Source: Candidatus Pacearchaeota archaeon
GTDB lineage: Archaea > Nanobdellota > Nanobdellia > Pacearchaeales > GW2011-AR1
Length of the DNA stretch: 64,000 bases
NCBI GenBank assembly: GCA_026002795.1
Contig: BPGA01000001.1
Coordinates: 27,470-91,469 of the forward strand
Direction of reading: 5' to 3'
The notes beneath the pieces are model-generated. The model was not told the origin of the DNA. It was given only the letters and a program-made list of their open reading frames with translations, and did not search any database. The position numbers and the translations under genes are program-made. Of the stretch, positions 21,308 through 31,300 are shown one piece after another. Within the stretch, counting starts at the first letter, position 1, and every line of letters starts with the position of its first letter.

Positions 21308-21540
21308 TTTTCTTCAACTTCCTGATTTATGTATTCTTTCCATTCCGAACCAGCCTTTATATGATCAAAATGATTTTGTTTAGAGTTATTGAATATCAAA
21401 TGACATCCAGAAGCGTGTATTTCTTCCGAAGTTAATGGAACATCTTTTTGCCAAATAAAGCTACCAGAAACAACCTTAATTATTCTCTTATACGTTGTTC
21501 CATTTATCTCAATATCTTCTTTTTTATACATTTTACTCAT
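21304..21540 (-). CDS. hypothetical small protein
   Basis: 78 aa, overlapping both neighbours by 4-8 nt. No family recognised. Confidence 0.4.
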   Translation of the reverse strand: MSKMYKKEDIEINGTTYKRIIKVVSGSFIWQKDVPLTSEEIHASGCHLIFNNSKQNHFDHIKAGSEWKEYINQEVEEK

Positions 21541-21790
21541 CTTTCTCCATTTCTTTAATAACCTGCTCAGGATTTTTTAACTTATAAACTCTTTTTCGGG
21601 CATCATTAGGATCTAGTTTCATCTCAAGCCAGCCATTCTGTCTTAACTCTGATAAAGCTATGCTAATCATTTTGTCTTTGTTTAGAGTCTTGAAAGCATC
21701 ATTATGGCTAAACTCTTTGTCACCGAACTTATTCCATAGAACAGAATAGCGATACATGATCCATTTAGGGAGTGGTTTGGTCATTTTCAA
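21533..21790 (-). CDS. small winged-helix (MarR/PadR-like) DNA-binding protein
   Basis: 85 aa. The segment ALSELRQNGWLEMKLDPNDARKRVYKL resembles a wHTH recognition helix plus wing. It is the first gene of the methyltransferase operon. Confidence 0.45.
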   Translation of the reverse strand: MKMTKPLPKWIMYRYSVLWNKFGDKEFSHNDAFKTLNKDKMISIALSELRQNGWLEMKLDPNDARKRVYKLKNPEQVIKEMEKDE

Positions 21791-21966
21791 TCACAATTAT
21801 AATTAATATATCAATAGTATATAAATTTAACGGTTAACCTATATATTCTACCACCGATATATTTATATATTAGTTATACTATAAATATAAATATTATATT
21901 AATAATTAAAGTAACCAGAGGGTGTTGGTTTGCGGCCTCAACCCTCTGGAGTGGAGTTGACCTCGG

Positions 21967-23290
21967 ATGAAATCAGACCCCACTAATAAAAGTAAAGAGA
22001 AAGAACAATTTAAATCTATCGTTAAAGATAGTTCTGGTAGGTTTGCTAAAACTGAAAACCTAAACATTTTTTGTAGATTCTGTGGTTCTAAGAATGTTGT
22101 TAAGTTTGGTTATAACATTACAAAGAAAGGTAAGAAAGCAAGATACAAATGCAAGGATTGTAATGCTAAGTTCACTCCAACAACAAAGCTGATAAAACAG
22201 ATCAAATTCAAGTCAAATCATAAGGATATTGAAAATACAAAGACCAAAGAATTGAGAAAATTATGCAAATTGATAAAGAGAACAATTTATCCTTTCTTGG
22301 ATTTTAAGCTTCATTATACTGCTAAATATGATACAAAGAAATTCTTGGATTTACTGACTCATGTAGCAATGAATCATGATTTCACTCATAATGGTTCTCA
22401 GACATTCAGGTTTGTAATGAAAGAAAATACACCTGCTTCCAATACATTACTTTATCATATCAGGAAGTTTGATACTCGGGAATTAAAGAGATGCTTTTAG
22501 GAAAGCATTTGAAGAAATCTTTAGAACAGCAAAGAAACATAACGTTTTTAAGAAAAGAAAATTAGATGTTGCTGTTGATTTACACGATTGGCTTTATTAT
22601 GGTAACAAAAATGACTTTATGGTCTGTGAAACAAAGCCACAGAAAGGAACTTCTCATTGTTTTAGATTTGCTACTATAAACATAGTTGAGAATGGAAAAA
22701 GGTTTACTTTATTGGCTTTGCCAATGCATGCTTTTGACAATAAGCATGATGTTCTAAATAAATTGCTAAGTTATGCCAAAAGTAAAATCAATATAAGGAA
22801 TGTATATGTTGACAGAGGTTTCTTTAATGTTAAATGTATAGAGGTTTTTGAAAAACAAAAAGTAAAATGGTTAATGCCTGCTGTCAGGAACAGAGCAATA
22901 AAGAAACTAATGAAAGAATATGATTCTCCTAAAGTATTAGATTATGTAATGTGAAGAAAGAATTTTGATCAAGTTAAATTCAAACTTGTTATTGTCAATG
23001 ACCAAGATGATGTAAAAAGAGTATTTGCTACAAATCTTAGAGTTACAGAAGATAATGCTAAAATTCTATTTAATGAATATGGCAAAAGATGGGGTATTGA
23101 AACTTCTTACAGAGTTAAGCAGGACTTTAAAGCAAGAACAACATCAAAGAGATATGTGGTTAGGTTCTTTTACTTTATGTTCTCCGCCTGTCTTTATAAT
23201 CTTTGGATATTGGCTAACATTCTTGTCGGTTTAGCAATATTGAAGTTTATCCCAAAAGAGCATTCATTACAGCCAAGATGTTTGGAGTAA
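21967..23290 (+). mobile_element. IS4/ISH3-like DDE transposase gene, inactivated
   Basis: N-terminal zinc finger CRFCG...CKDC. The DDE region has DVAVDLHDW, YVDRGFF and YGKRWGIETSYRVKQDFK. The frame changes by +1 near 22490 and there is an in-frame TGA at 22952-22954. The same frame then continues to the TAA at 23288-23290. Confidence 0.75.
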
Positions 23291-23571
23291 TGCTTTATAC
23301 TCTCTGTTCTTACCTTAATCCTGGTGGTGGATAACAGTTGCTTTATCGGATTCTGAATTAATTTTGTTAGTCGTAATTATTTCTAATTCTAGTATTTTTA
23401 TTGAGATTTGGTCTGTTTTATAGGAAATTTGTTAAAATCTAATGTGTTCAAAGCAGATTTTCTTAAGATTTTAGAAAGAATTTATAACTCAAAAGCCAAT
23501 AGATTTATCAACTTTGCCATCTACTGATAAAACAAGAAATTTTAAAAACATAATAAGGTTTTTTAAAATAT

Positions 23572-23709
23572 CCCCGCATAGCTCAGTGGTTAGAGCGCTC
23601 GGCTGTAGATAGTCTAGGATAGAGATTCCAAAAAGGATGACTATGAAATCCGATAAGTCGAGAACTCGCAGAACCCGAGAGATCCCAGGTTCGAATCCTG
23701 GTGCGGGGA
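23572..23709 (+). tRNA. tRNA-Tyr(GUA) with a 65-nt intron (about 23609-23673)
   Basis: Acceptor CCCCGCA/TGCGGGG with C1:G72, D arm GCTC/GAGC, anticodon stem CTCGG/CCGAG, and T arm CCAGG-TTCGAAT-CCTGG. Loop nucleotides CTGT pair with GCAG at the intron 3' end, leaving 3-nt bulges AGA and AAC (BHB-like). No CCA is encoded. Confidence 0.9.
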
Positions 23710-23717
23710 TTTTATAA

Positions 23718-24131
23718 TTGTTTATAAAAAACATAATTAAAGGCTATATGAGAGAAAAAATTTATGTAGTTCCTATAATTGTAAGAAGTTTTGATGGAAG
23801 GATTTTGGTCGTTAAAAAAGAGGGTTCTTTAGAGTTGCCATTATGGGTTTTTGATTTTAAAGAAAATCCTGTAGATTTTTTAAAAAGAAGGTTAAATGAA
23901 GAGTTTTATGGTTCTTTTATAGTTAGATATTTTTTAGGTGAAAACTCTTCTATTATCGGTAAAGATAATTTAGAGAGGATTATTGCTTATAGGGTTGATT
24001 GTAAGACTCATGACGTCTACAATAAAAAAAGTTTTAATCTCTTTTATAGAGATTTTGTTTGGGCTGATCGCACGAACTTAATAAAACTTAGAGAGCTATT
24101 AAAAGAAGAAAGATTTTTGGAGTTTGTATAA
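23718..24131 (+). CDS. Nudix-fold-like protein with a degenerate Nudix box
   Basis: 137 aa. ENPVDFLKRRLNEEFYG approximates Ex7REUxEExGU, but has RR instead of RE and one extra residue. Confidence 0.4.
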   Translation: MFIKNIIKGYMREKIYVVPIIVRSFDGRILVVKKEGSLELPLWVFDFKENPVDFLKRRLNEEFYGSFIVRYFLGENSSIIGKDNLERIIAYRVDCKTHDVYNKKSFNLFYRDFVWADRTNLIKLRELLKEERFLEFV

Positions 24132-24204
24132 AGGAAGCATAGAAGAAAAGAAAGAAATATTTAAAAACCCCTAAGATATTTTAAAAAAATAAAAAGGGGT
24201 GAAG

Positions 24205-24288
24205 ATGTTTGAAGAAGATTTTGATGAAGAGCTAGAAGACGAGTTTGATGAAGAGCTAGAAAGTCTAGAATTAGATGATTTTGAATAA
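24205..24288 (+). CDS. 27-aa highly acidic micro-ORF (MFEEDFDEELEDEFDEELESLELDDFE)
   Basis: Hand translation. A strong SD-like aaaaggggtgaag lies directly upstream of the ATG. There is an internal 18-nt direct repeat, tttgatgaagagctagaa. Confidence 0.3.
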   Translation: MFEEDFDEELEDEFDEELESLELDDFE

Positions 24289-24380
24289 AAACCAAACATT
24301 AAATAAATCTGATTTGAATAATTTGAATAAAACCGATTTAATAAAATAAGAAATATAAAATAATAAATAAAATCTTAATC

Positions 24381-25310
24381 TTAGCTTGTTTTTATATTTA
24401 AAATTATCTCGTTGTTTTCTTTAAAGAGTTCTTTTTCGTGGTAATCTATAGATATTTTAATCTTTTCAATGTTTTTTTGTAAAACAAAAATATTATTTAT
24501 TTTTATTATTTTTCCAGCACCGATTTTAATTCCTTCTATTGAGGTTTCTTTGATTGGCTTTTCGTCTGCATAAATTATAACTTTTGTAGAGTTTGAATCG
24601 GCTAGACCTTGATTTTTTATTGTAAATTCCACATTTAAATATCTGCCAGAGATAGATGCAAATGCTTCCTCTAGTGAAAGATCCGGAAGAGTTGGATAAG
24701 AGTAGAGTTCATTTATTAGTTTAGGAATTTCTTCTCCTATTTTTTGATTACAATTACTAATATTGTACATAATATTGTTCGGGTTATCAGAGTGATCAAA
24801 TCCAAGAGCATGCAAAAGTTCGTGAAGAGCAACATTTGGATCAGGACATTTTGACTCTCTAATTAAAGTTATTGCTCCTTGATAAATTACATTAAAATTG
24901 TCTGTTATCGTGATGTTAATTGGACCGCCTTCACCAGCAACAAAAAGATTTCCTGACTCAAATCTCCTCTGTCTTTCGCATGTTATGTAAATTTCTTCAT
25001 TAGATGTAACAGGATAAAAGTTTAGAATTGTAAGATTTTCAATTATTTGAAATGCTCTTTCCATTTCGTCCTTTTTTTTAAGAGAACATCCTTCAATTCT
25101 GTATGAAATGTCTTTATTTCTATACCTAAGATTGTCATAAAACTGCATTTTTGTATTGTTGCTCAAGCTAAAATTTGCTGATTTTTCTGTTTTTTGAGGA
25201 AGAAATTCAATAGTGCTAAAAGGAAAAAACCAGTAAAACCCTAAAAACAGGATTACTAAAATTAAAAAAATTGATAATGAAAGATCTTTAATAGTTTTTG
25301 TAGACATCAA
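24381..25310 (-). CDS. membrane-anchored metzincin (matrixin-like) zinc metalloprotease
   Basis: 309 aa with an N-terminal TM helix, HELLHALGFDHS (HExxHxxGxxH), and a downstream IMY Met-turn. Confidence 0.8.
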   Translation of the reverse strand: MMSTKTIKDLSLSIFLILVILFLGFYWFFPFSTIEFLPQKTEKSANFSLSNNTKMQFYDNLRYRNKDISYRIEGCSLKKKDEMERAFQIIENLTILNFYPVTSNEEIYITCERQRRFESGNLFVAGEGGPINITITDNFNVIYQGAITLIRESKCPDPNVALHELLHALGFDHSDNPNNIMYNISNCNQKIGEEIPKLINELYSYPTLPDLSLEEAFASISGRYLNVEFTIKNQGLADSNSTKVIIYADEKPIKETSIEGIKIGAGKIIKINNIFVLQKNIEKIKISIDYHEKELFKENNEIILNIKTS

Positions 25311-25368
25311 ATAAAAAAATAAAAAGAGTATTTAAAATTTAATAGAAAGAGCATTAGATTTAATAACG

Positions 25369-25378
25369 TTTTTATAGT
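25369..25378 (+). promoter_or_regulatory. TATA-box-like element for tRNA-His
   Basis: tttttatagt is centred about 27 nt upstream of the first tRNA nucleotide, which is the typical archaeal spacing. Confidence 0.4.
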
Positions 25379-25399
25379 TTATTTTTATGATTATTTAAT

Positions 25400-25471
25400 G
25401 GTGGATGTAGTTCAATGGTAGAACGCACGACTGTGGCTCGTGAGACGTGGGTTCGATTCCCACCTTCCACC
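25400..25471 (+). tRNA. tRNA-His(GUG) with genome-encoded G-1
   Basis: An extra 5' G lies opposite discriminator C. Acceptor GTGGATG/CTTCCAC has one T-T mismatch. The anticodon loop is CTGTGGC and the T arm is GTGGG-TTCGATT-CCCAC. Confidence 0.9.
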
Positions 25472-25503
25472 CTTTATATTTAATTAGTTAAAATATCTTA
25501 AAA

Positions 25504-26646
25504 ATGGAACTGGTTAAAGGTTTTAAAGATTTTACAGGAGAAGAAGCTGAAAAAAGAGAATTTATAAAAAAAATATTAGTTGAAACTTTTGAAGCTTATG
25601 GATTTGAACCAGCAGAGACGCCGATAATAGAGTATGAAAGTTTTGTTAAAGGAGAAAATCAGCAAGATGATGCTGTATCTGATATTTTTAAACTTCAAGA
25701 CAAAGGTAAGAGAAATCTTGCTTTAAGATACGAGTTCACTTTTCAGCTTAAAAGAATATCAAAAAATAAAAAACTTCCTTATAGAAGATATCAAATAGGA
25801 AAAGTTTTTAGAGATGAGCCCGTATCAAAGAATAGATTAAGAGAGTTTACTCAGTGTGATGTTGATGTTGTTGGTTCGACAATAAAAGACGAAGCAGAAA
25901 TTCTTGCTTTAACTAATGAAGTACTTGAAAAGTTAGGCATAAAGCCAATAATCCTTATAAGCAATAGAAGTTTGATGAATGAAATCCTAGATGATTTAAA
26001 AATAAATAAAAAATATAGAGAGGATGTTTTAAGAGAAATTGACAAATATGAAAAGTTAGGAGAAAAAAAATTAAAACAGAACTTGAAAAAGTATAAAGCT
26101 GAAAACCTCATTGATGCTATAAAACAAGGAGAAGAGTATTTTAAAAAATTTAATTCTTATAAAGAAATAATAAGTCTTATGGAATACTGTAAGCTTTTTA
26201 GCTTAAAAGTTTTTTTTTCTCCGACAATAGTTAGAGGTCTTTCTTATTATGTTGGAAATGTTTTTGAAATTAAATCAAAAGGAATTAAAGAAAGCATTGC
26301 AGCTGGAGGGAGTTATTTAATTAACAATAAAAAGTCAACAGGAATTTCTTTTGGGCTAGAGAGACTTTCTTTAATCTCAAAAATAAAGTTTGAAAAAGAA
26401 AAAATTCTTGTTGTTTCTCTTAACCAGGATAAAGAAGCAATAAAGCTTGCTCAAAAATTAAGAAAAAAAGGAAAGTTCGTTTCAATTTTTTACGGAAAGC
26501 CTAGCAAAGCCCTTCAGTATGCAAATTCTTATTGTTTTACAAAAGCAATTTTTGTTGGTGAAAAAGAAATTAAATCTGGAAAGTTCAAAATTAAAGATTT
26601 AAAAACCGGAAAAGAAAGTGAATTTGAAACTGAATTTTCTTTGTGA
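25504..26646 (+). CDS. hisS: histidine--tRNA ligase
   Basis: 380 aa with class II aaRS motifs: GFEPAETPIIE, LRYEFTFQL, YQIGKVFRDE, REFTQCDVDVVG and GISFGLERL. It also has a C-terminal HGTP-type anticodon-binding region. Confidence 0.85.
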   Translation: MELVKGFKDFTGEEAEKREFIKKILVETFEAYGFEPAETPIIEYESFVKGENQQDDAVSDIFKLQDKGKRNLALRYEFTFQLKRISKNKKLPYRRYQIGKVFRDEPVSKNRLREFTQCDVDVVGSTIKDEAEILALTNEVLEKLGIKPIILISNRSLMNEILDDLKINKKYREDVLREIDKYEKLGEKKLKQNLKKYKAENLIDAIKQGEEYFKKFNSYKEIISLMEYCKLFSLKVFFSPTIVRGLSYYVGNVFEIKSKGIKESIAAGGSYLINNKKSTGISFGLERLSLISKIKFEKEKILVVSLNQDKEAIKLAQKLRKKGKFVSIFYGKPSKALQYANSYCFTKAIFVGEKEIKSGKFKIKDLKTGKESEFETEFSL

Positions 26647-26763
26647 TTTTTTATCTTTTTAAATTTAAAGTTTTTGTTTTTTTGTTATTTTAAAGTGAAA
26701 AATAAAAAAGTTTAAAAACTCTAAAATATATAAAAACCTATAAAAAGTTTTAAATTAATTAAA

Positions 26764-28398
26764 ATGAGTTTAAAGAATAAATTTTGGTTTTTTTTCTTTA
26801 GCTTAACTATTTTAATCTTTAGTTTAGGTTCTATAAATGCACAAGATGAATTTCAGAATTTTTTAGATTCAACACCAATTATTATCACTATTGGACAAAA
26901 CAGCTCTCAACTTAATTTTAGTTTAGACACTTCTTCTAGATCTTGGGATAAACAAAACATACTTATACAAAATAAAAGTGTTGGGGGTATTACAATAAAC
27001 AATTTGGATATCTCATTTAATATCTCAAAAATTTTAGAAGATATTAATGGTGTGGTTGAGATAGAAAGAGGGAGTTATTACCCTCAATTTAAAAAACTTA
27101 GTGTGTCAGGTGAAAATCCGACAATTAAAGTAGGTGTAATAAATATAACAGGCTTGAATATTTCTGGTTCTGGTTGGTTATCAACAAAAAACGTCTTTGA
27201 ACTTATTCTTGGTAGTTTTGATTCACGTTTATCTAATTTAAGTGATATAAGTAATATAAACAACTACCTACAAGAGAATCCTCTTTCTGAACAGTCACCA
27301 ACCCATATCATATTTACTAAAAATGGAACAAATTATTCTATATTATCGGACAAAGGTTACGGAGAAGTTAAAGAAGAGTGGAAAGATGAAATAAGAAATA
27401 TAATTAATGAAAGTGTTCAGCAAATAAACATTAAAAATATCCTCAATGATGTTCTTCCTATATTAGAAAGTAAACCAGAATTCCAAGAAATTTGGAATAA
27501 ATTAGATTTAAATTTTACAGTTACCGACATAGATTTGTCTATTTTTGATATAAATGCTTCTGCTTCAAATCTTACAGAGATAAAACTTGAAGATGGAAAT
27601 TATTTAATTCCAGTTACACTAACAAAAGATTCTAAAACATACACCAAACAAATTCTTTTAATTATTCATGGAATAGAAAATAAAGATACAGTTGGTTCTG
27701 TAACAGAAACATACGTTCCTACAAATCCAGAAGTTTCTAAATACTTAGCTAGCATTACAGGTCTTCAAAAAGAAGTTTTTGTATCTGTTTCTGTTTTTGA
27801 TGTTGTACCTTTTGGAGTTTCTTTACCTCCAAACACCGGAAAAGTTATTAAGTTTTTAGAAATTAATACTAACTCTTCTAATGGAACAATTAACTTTAAG
27901 GTGCCTGTTGATAAAGTTACGAATCCATCATTAGTTAGCCTTTATGTTTTAGAAGGAACGAACTGGGTTGAATTACAAACAAGCCCACCTAATTTAAATG
28001 GTTTATTTTATGAGTATTCTGCATTTACTCCGCATTTCTCAACATTCATGATAATGGAAAAAATTATTCAAACAGGCATAACAGAAACAGGAGGTAGGGC
28101 TAGAGGTTCTCCTAGGTTTGTTATAGAAGAACCAGAAGCACCTACTCAAACAACACAGCAGCCTTCTTCTAGCCCACAACCAATTCAAGCAAGCCCGCCT
28201 CCACAAACACCAACTAATGGTGGCTTCATAGCAACAATAACTGGTGCTATAATAGGTGCATTAACAAGCCCAACTGGCCTTTTTTCTCTTTTAGTTATTT
28301 TAATTGCGGTTATTATCGCTGTATTAGTAATTAGAAATTTGTTCCCTTTGTCAAGAACAAAAAAATTAAATGACAAAAGGGGTGAAGATGATAAATGA
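26764..28398 (+). CDS. secreted surface protein with pre-PGF-like domain, P/Q/S/T linker and C-terminal TM anchor
   Basis: 544 aa with a signal peptide, many N-x-S/T sequons, ...YSAFTPHFSTFMIM, then PEAPTQTTQQPSSSPQPIQASPPPQTP and a hydrophobic tail followed by basic residues. Confidence 0.65.
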   Translation: MSLKNKFWFFFFSLTILIFSLGSINAQDEFQNFLDSTPIIITIGQNSSQLNFSLDTSSRSWDKQNILIQNKSVGGITINNLDISFNISKILEDINGVVEIERGSYYPQFKKLSVSGENPTIKVGVINITGLNISGSGWLSTKNVFELILGSFDSRLSNLSDISNINNYLQENPLSEQSPTHIIFTKNGTNYSILSDKGYGEVKEEWKDEIRNIINESVQQINIKNILNDVLPILESKPEFQEIWNKLDLNFTVTDIDLSIFDINASASNLTEIKLEDGNYLIPVTLTKDSKTYTKQILLIIHGIENKDTVGSVTETYVPTNPEVSKYLASITGLQKEVFVSVSVFDVVPFGVSLPPNTGKVIKFLEINTNSSNGTINFKVPVDKVTNPSLVSLYVLEGTNWVELQTSPPNLNGLFYEYSAFTPHFSTFMIMEKIIQTGITETGGRARGSPRFVIEEPEAPTQTTQQPSSSPQPIQASPPPQTPTNGGFIATITGAIIGALTSPTGLFSLLVILIAVIIAVLVIRNLFPLSRTKKLNDKRGEDDK

Positions 28399-31300
28399 AA
28401 AATTTTGTGAATTTTCTAGTAATTTTTGTTTTAACAGTTGTATCTATAAATTTGATTAGTGCTCAAACTGTTTCTATTGAATTTAATGTAAAAGACGATT
28501 CTGGAAATCCTTTAAAAGAATCATTAATTATAATCCAAGGAATAACCAATACAAATTTTAGTCAAACAAAAATAACAGATTCTAATGGAAAAGCTATTTT
28601 CAATCTAAACAAAAATGAGCTTTTTTCGTATATTATTTATAAAATTTCTTATGAAGAATTAAGCGGAAGTATATTTACAAATCAAGATAAAGTAATAAAT
28701 ATTGTTTTAAAAAAACTACCTCCAGACCGGTGGTATTTTTATAGAATAAATAACGGAGAATTAGATTTTAGTTTTAAAAGTTTAGATAATGATACAAATT
28801 ATAATCCTAATGAATACATAAAGAGCTCAATTGAAGTAAAAAATATAGCTGGAAAAAGAATTCAGCTTTTGAATGAAAAAAGTTTTTTTAGAACAATAGA
28901 TGCAGATACAGAAAAAGTTCTTAGGGCTTGGGGTAGGTTTGATTTTGGGGGTGGAAAAAATTTAACAGAAGTGATTTTAAAAGAAGGTGGTTGGATAAAA
29001 GCAAGTTTAATTGAAGAGAAAGCAGAATTTTGTGGTAGTAATATAATAATTACTTATAATAACCTAAGAATAGAGCTTTCTGGAAGTGAATCTATTTGTT
29101 TAGAAGATTCTCAAAGTTATAACAAAATACCAGAATGGATTTTAAAAAACAATTATAAGATGAAGCTTGATTACTTTTATAAAATAGATAACATAGAAAG
29201 AACAATAAGTTTTATATCTCAACCCTTTTTTATTAACAATACAGAATGGAAACCTGAAATAATCTCTTTTCCACAAACAGAGATTTCTGTTGAAGAAGAA
29301 TGGGTTTATCAAATAAAACTTAAAGAGTATCCTGAAAGTTATTCTCCTGTTTTAAATCTCATTAATTATGCTCTTATGGATTATCCTGAAGGAATGAGTA
29401 TTGATAAAGACAAAGGAATTGTTAAATGGAAACCAACAAAACCAGGGGAGTATAATGTAACAGTAAGAGCATATCATCAATACTTTGAAAATAATTCAGA
29501 TAAAATAGCTTTTTTTGATCAGAGCTTTTCATTAAAAGTAAAACAAGAAAAGCAAAACAATCCCCCAATTGCATACAACATAAACATAACAACAGAAGAG
29601 AATAAGCCAGTAACTTTCAATTTAAATGCAACTGATCCTGAAAATGATCCTTTAACTTTTATAATTGTAAGCAATCCATCAAATGGCTCAATTTCCAATT
29701 TTAATTCTTCTACAGGAGAAATTACTTACACACCAAATCCAAGTTTTTTTGGAACAGATAGCTTTAGTTTTAAGGCTAATGATGGAAAATTAGATAGCAA
29801 CATTGCAATTGTAACAATAACAGTAAATCCTATACCAAAAAACAAACCACCTGTAATAAAATCTCAGCCTGTGACAGAAGTTAATGAAAATTCTCATTAC
29901 AGTTATCAAGTTATTGCAGAAGATGAAGATGGAGATTCTTTAACCTACTCTTTAGAAGCTCCTTCTTGGCTTTCAATAAGCTCTACTGGTTTAATTTCAG
30001 GAATAGCTCCAGAAGTTTCAGAGGATGTTGTTTTTGATGTAATTTTAAGAGTTAGTGATGGAAAAGATTTTTCTGAGCAGAAGTATCAGTTGAAAGTTGT
30101 TAATGTAAACAAACCACCTGTGATAAAATCTCAGCCTGTGACAGAAGTTAATGAAAATTCTCATTACAGTTATCAAGTTATTGCAGAAGATGAAGATGGA
30201 GATTCTTTAACCTACTCTTTAGAAGCTCCTTCTTGGCTTTCAATAAGCTCTACTGGTTTAATTTCAGGAATAGCTCCAGAAGTTTCAGAGGATGTTGTTT
30301 TTGATGTAATTTTAAGAGTTAGCGATGGAAAAGATTTTTCTGAGCAGAAGTATCAGTTGAAGGTTGTTAATGTAAACAAACCACCTGTGATAAAATCTCA
30401 GCCTGTGACAGAAGTTAATGAAAATTCTCATTACAGTTATCAAGTTATTGCAGAAGATGAAGATGGAGATTCTTTAACCTACTCTTTAGAAGCTCCTTCT
30501 TGGCTTTCAATAAGTTCTACTGGTTTAATTTCAGGAATAGCTCCAGAAGTTTCAGAGGATGTTGTTTTTGATGTAATTTTAAGAGTTAGTGATGGAAAAG
30601 ATTTTTCTGAGCAGAAGTATCAGTTGAAAGTTGTTAATGTAAACAAACCACCTGTGATAAAATCTCAGCCTGTGACAGAAGTTAATGAAAATTCTCATTA
30701 CAGTTACCAGGTTATTGCAGAAGATGAAGATGGAGATTCTTTAACCTACTCTTTAGAAGCTCCTTCTTGGCTTTCAATAAGTTCTACTGGTTTAATTTCA
30801 GGAATAGCTCCAGAAGTTTCAGAGGATGTTGTTTTTGATGTAATTTTAAGAGTTAGTGATGGAAAAGATTTTTCTGAGCAGAAGTATCAGTTGAAAGTTG
30901 TTAATGTAAACAAACCACCTGTGATAAAATCTCAGCCTGTGACAGAAGTTAATGAAAATTCTCATTACAGTTATCAAGTTATTGCAGAAGATGAAGATGG
31001 AGATTCTTTAACCTACTCTTTAGAAGCTCCTTCTTGGCTTTCAATAAGTTCTACTGGTTTAATTTCAGGAATAGCTCCAGAAGTTTCAGAGGATGTTGTT
31101 TTTGATGTAATTTTAAGAGTTAGTGATGGAAAAGATTTTTCTGAGCAGAAGTATCAGTTGAAGGTTGTTAATGTAGAGAAAAAAGAAGAAAAGAGAGAAA
31201 TAGAAGAAAAAAGATTTTCATTTAGGTCAGTTGAACCAGATGATTTTGAATTTAACATTTATTTTAATCAATTTTCTCTGCCAGAACAGAAGTCTATTCC

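Noticed and set aside
22470-22500. Programmed ribosomal frameshift between the zinc-finger ORF and the DDE ORF, as in IS1/IS3
   Set aside because: The required shift is +1 (equivalently -2), not -1, and no slippery A/T heptamer was seen at the junction.
22952-22954. In-frame TGA in the transposase considered as evidence of stop-codon recoding
   Set aside because: TGA serves as the ordinary stop of neighbouring well-supported genes (for example 8869-8871, 13157-13159, 32717-32719). The transposase also has a frameshift, so it is simply inactivated.
21800-23400. Terminal inverted repeats of the IS element
   Set aside because: I compared both flanks by eye and found only a trivial ccacc match. 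The element ends cannot be defined without an alignment tool.
23489-23734. 81-aa minus-strand ORF
   Set aside because: It runs antisense straight through tRNA-Tyr and its intron, so it is an artefact of the GC-rich tRNA sequence.
29844-31175. Regular repeat array considered as a possible CRISPR
   Set aside because: The 267-bp units are contiguous with no spacers, in frame, and encode an identical 89-aa protein domain. This is a coding tandem repeat.
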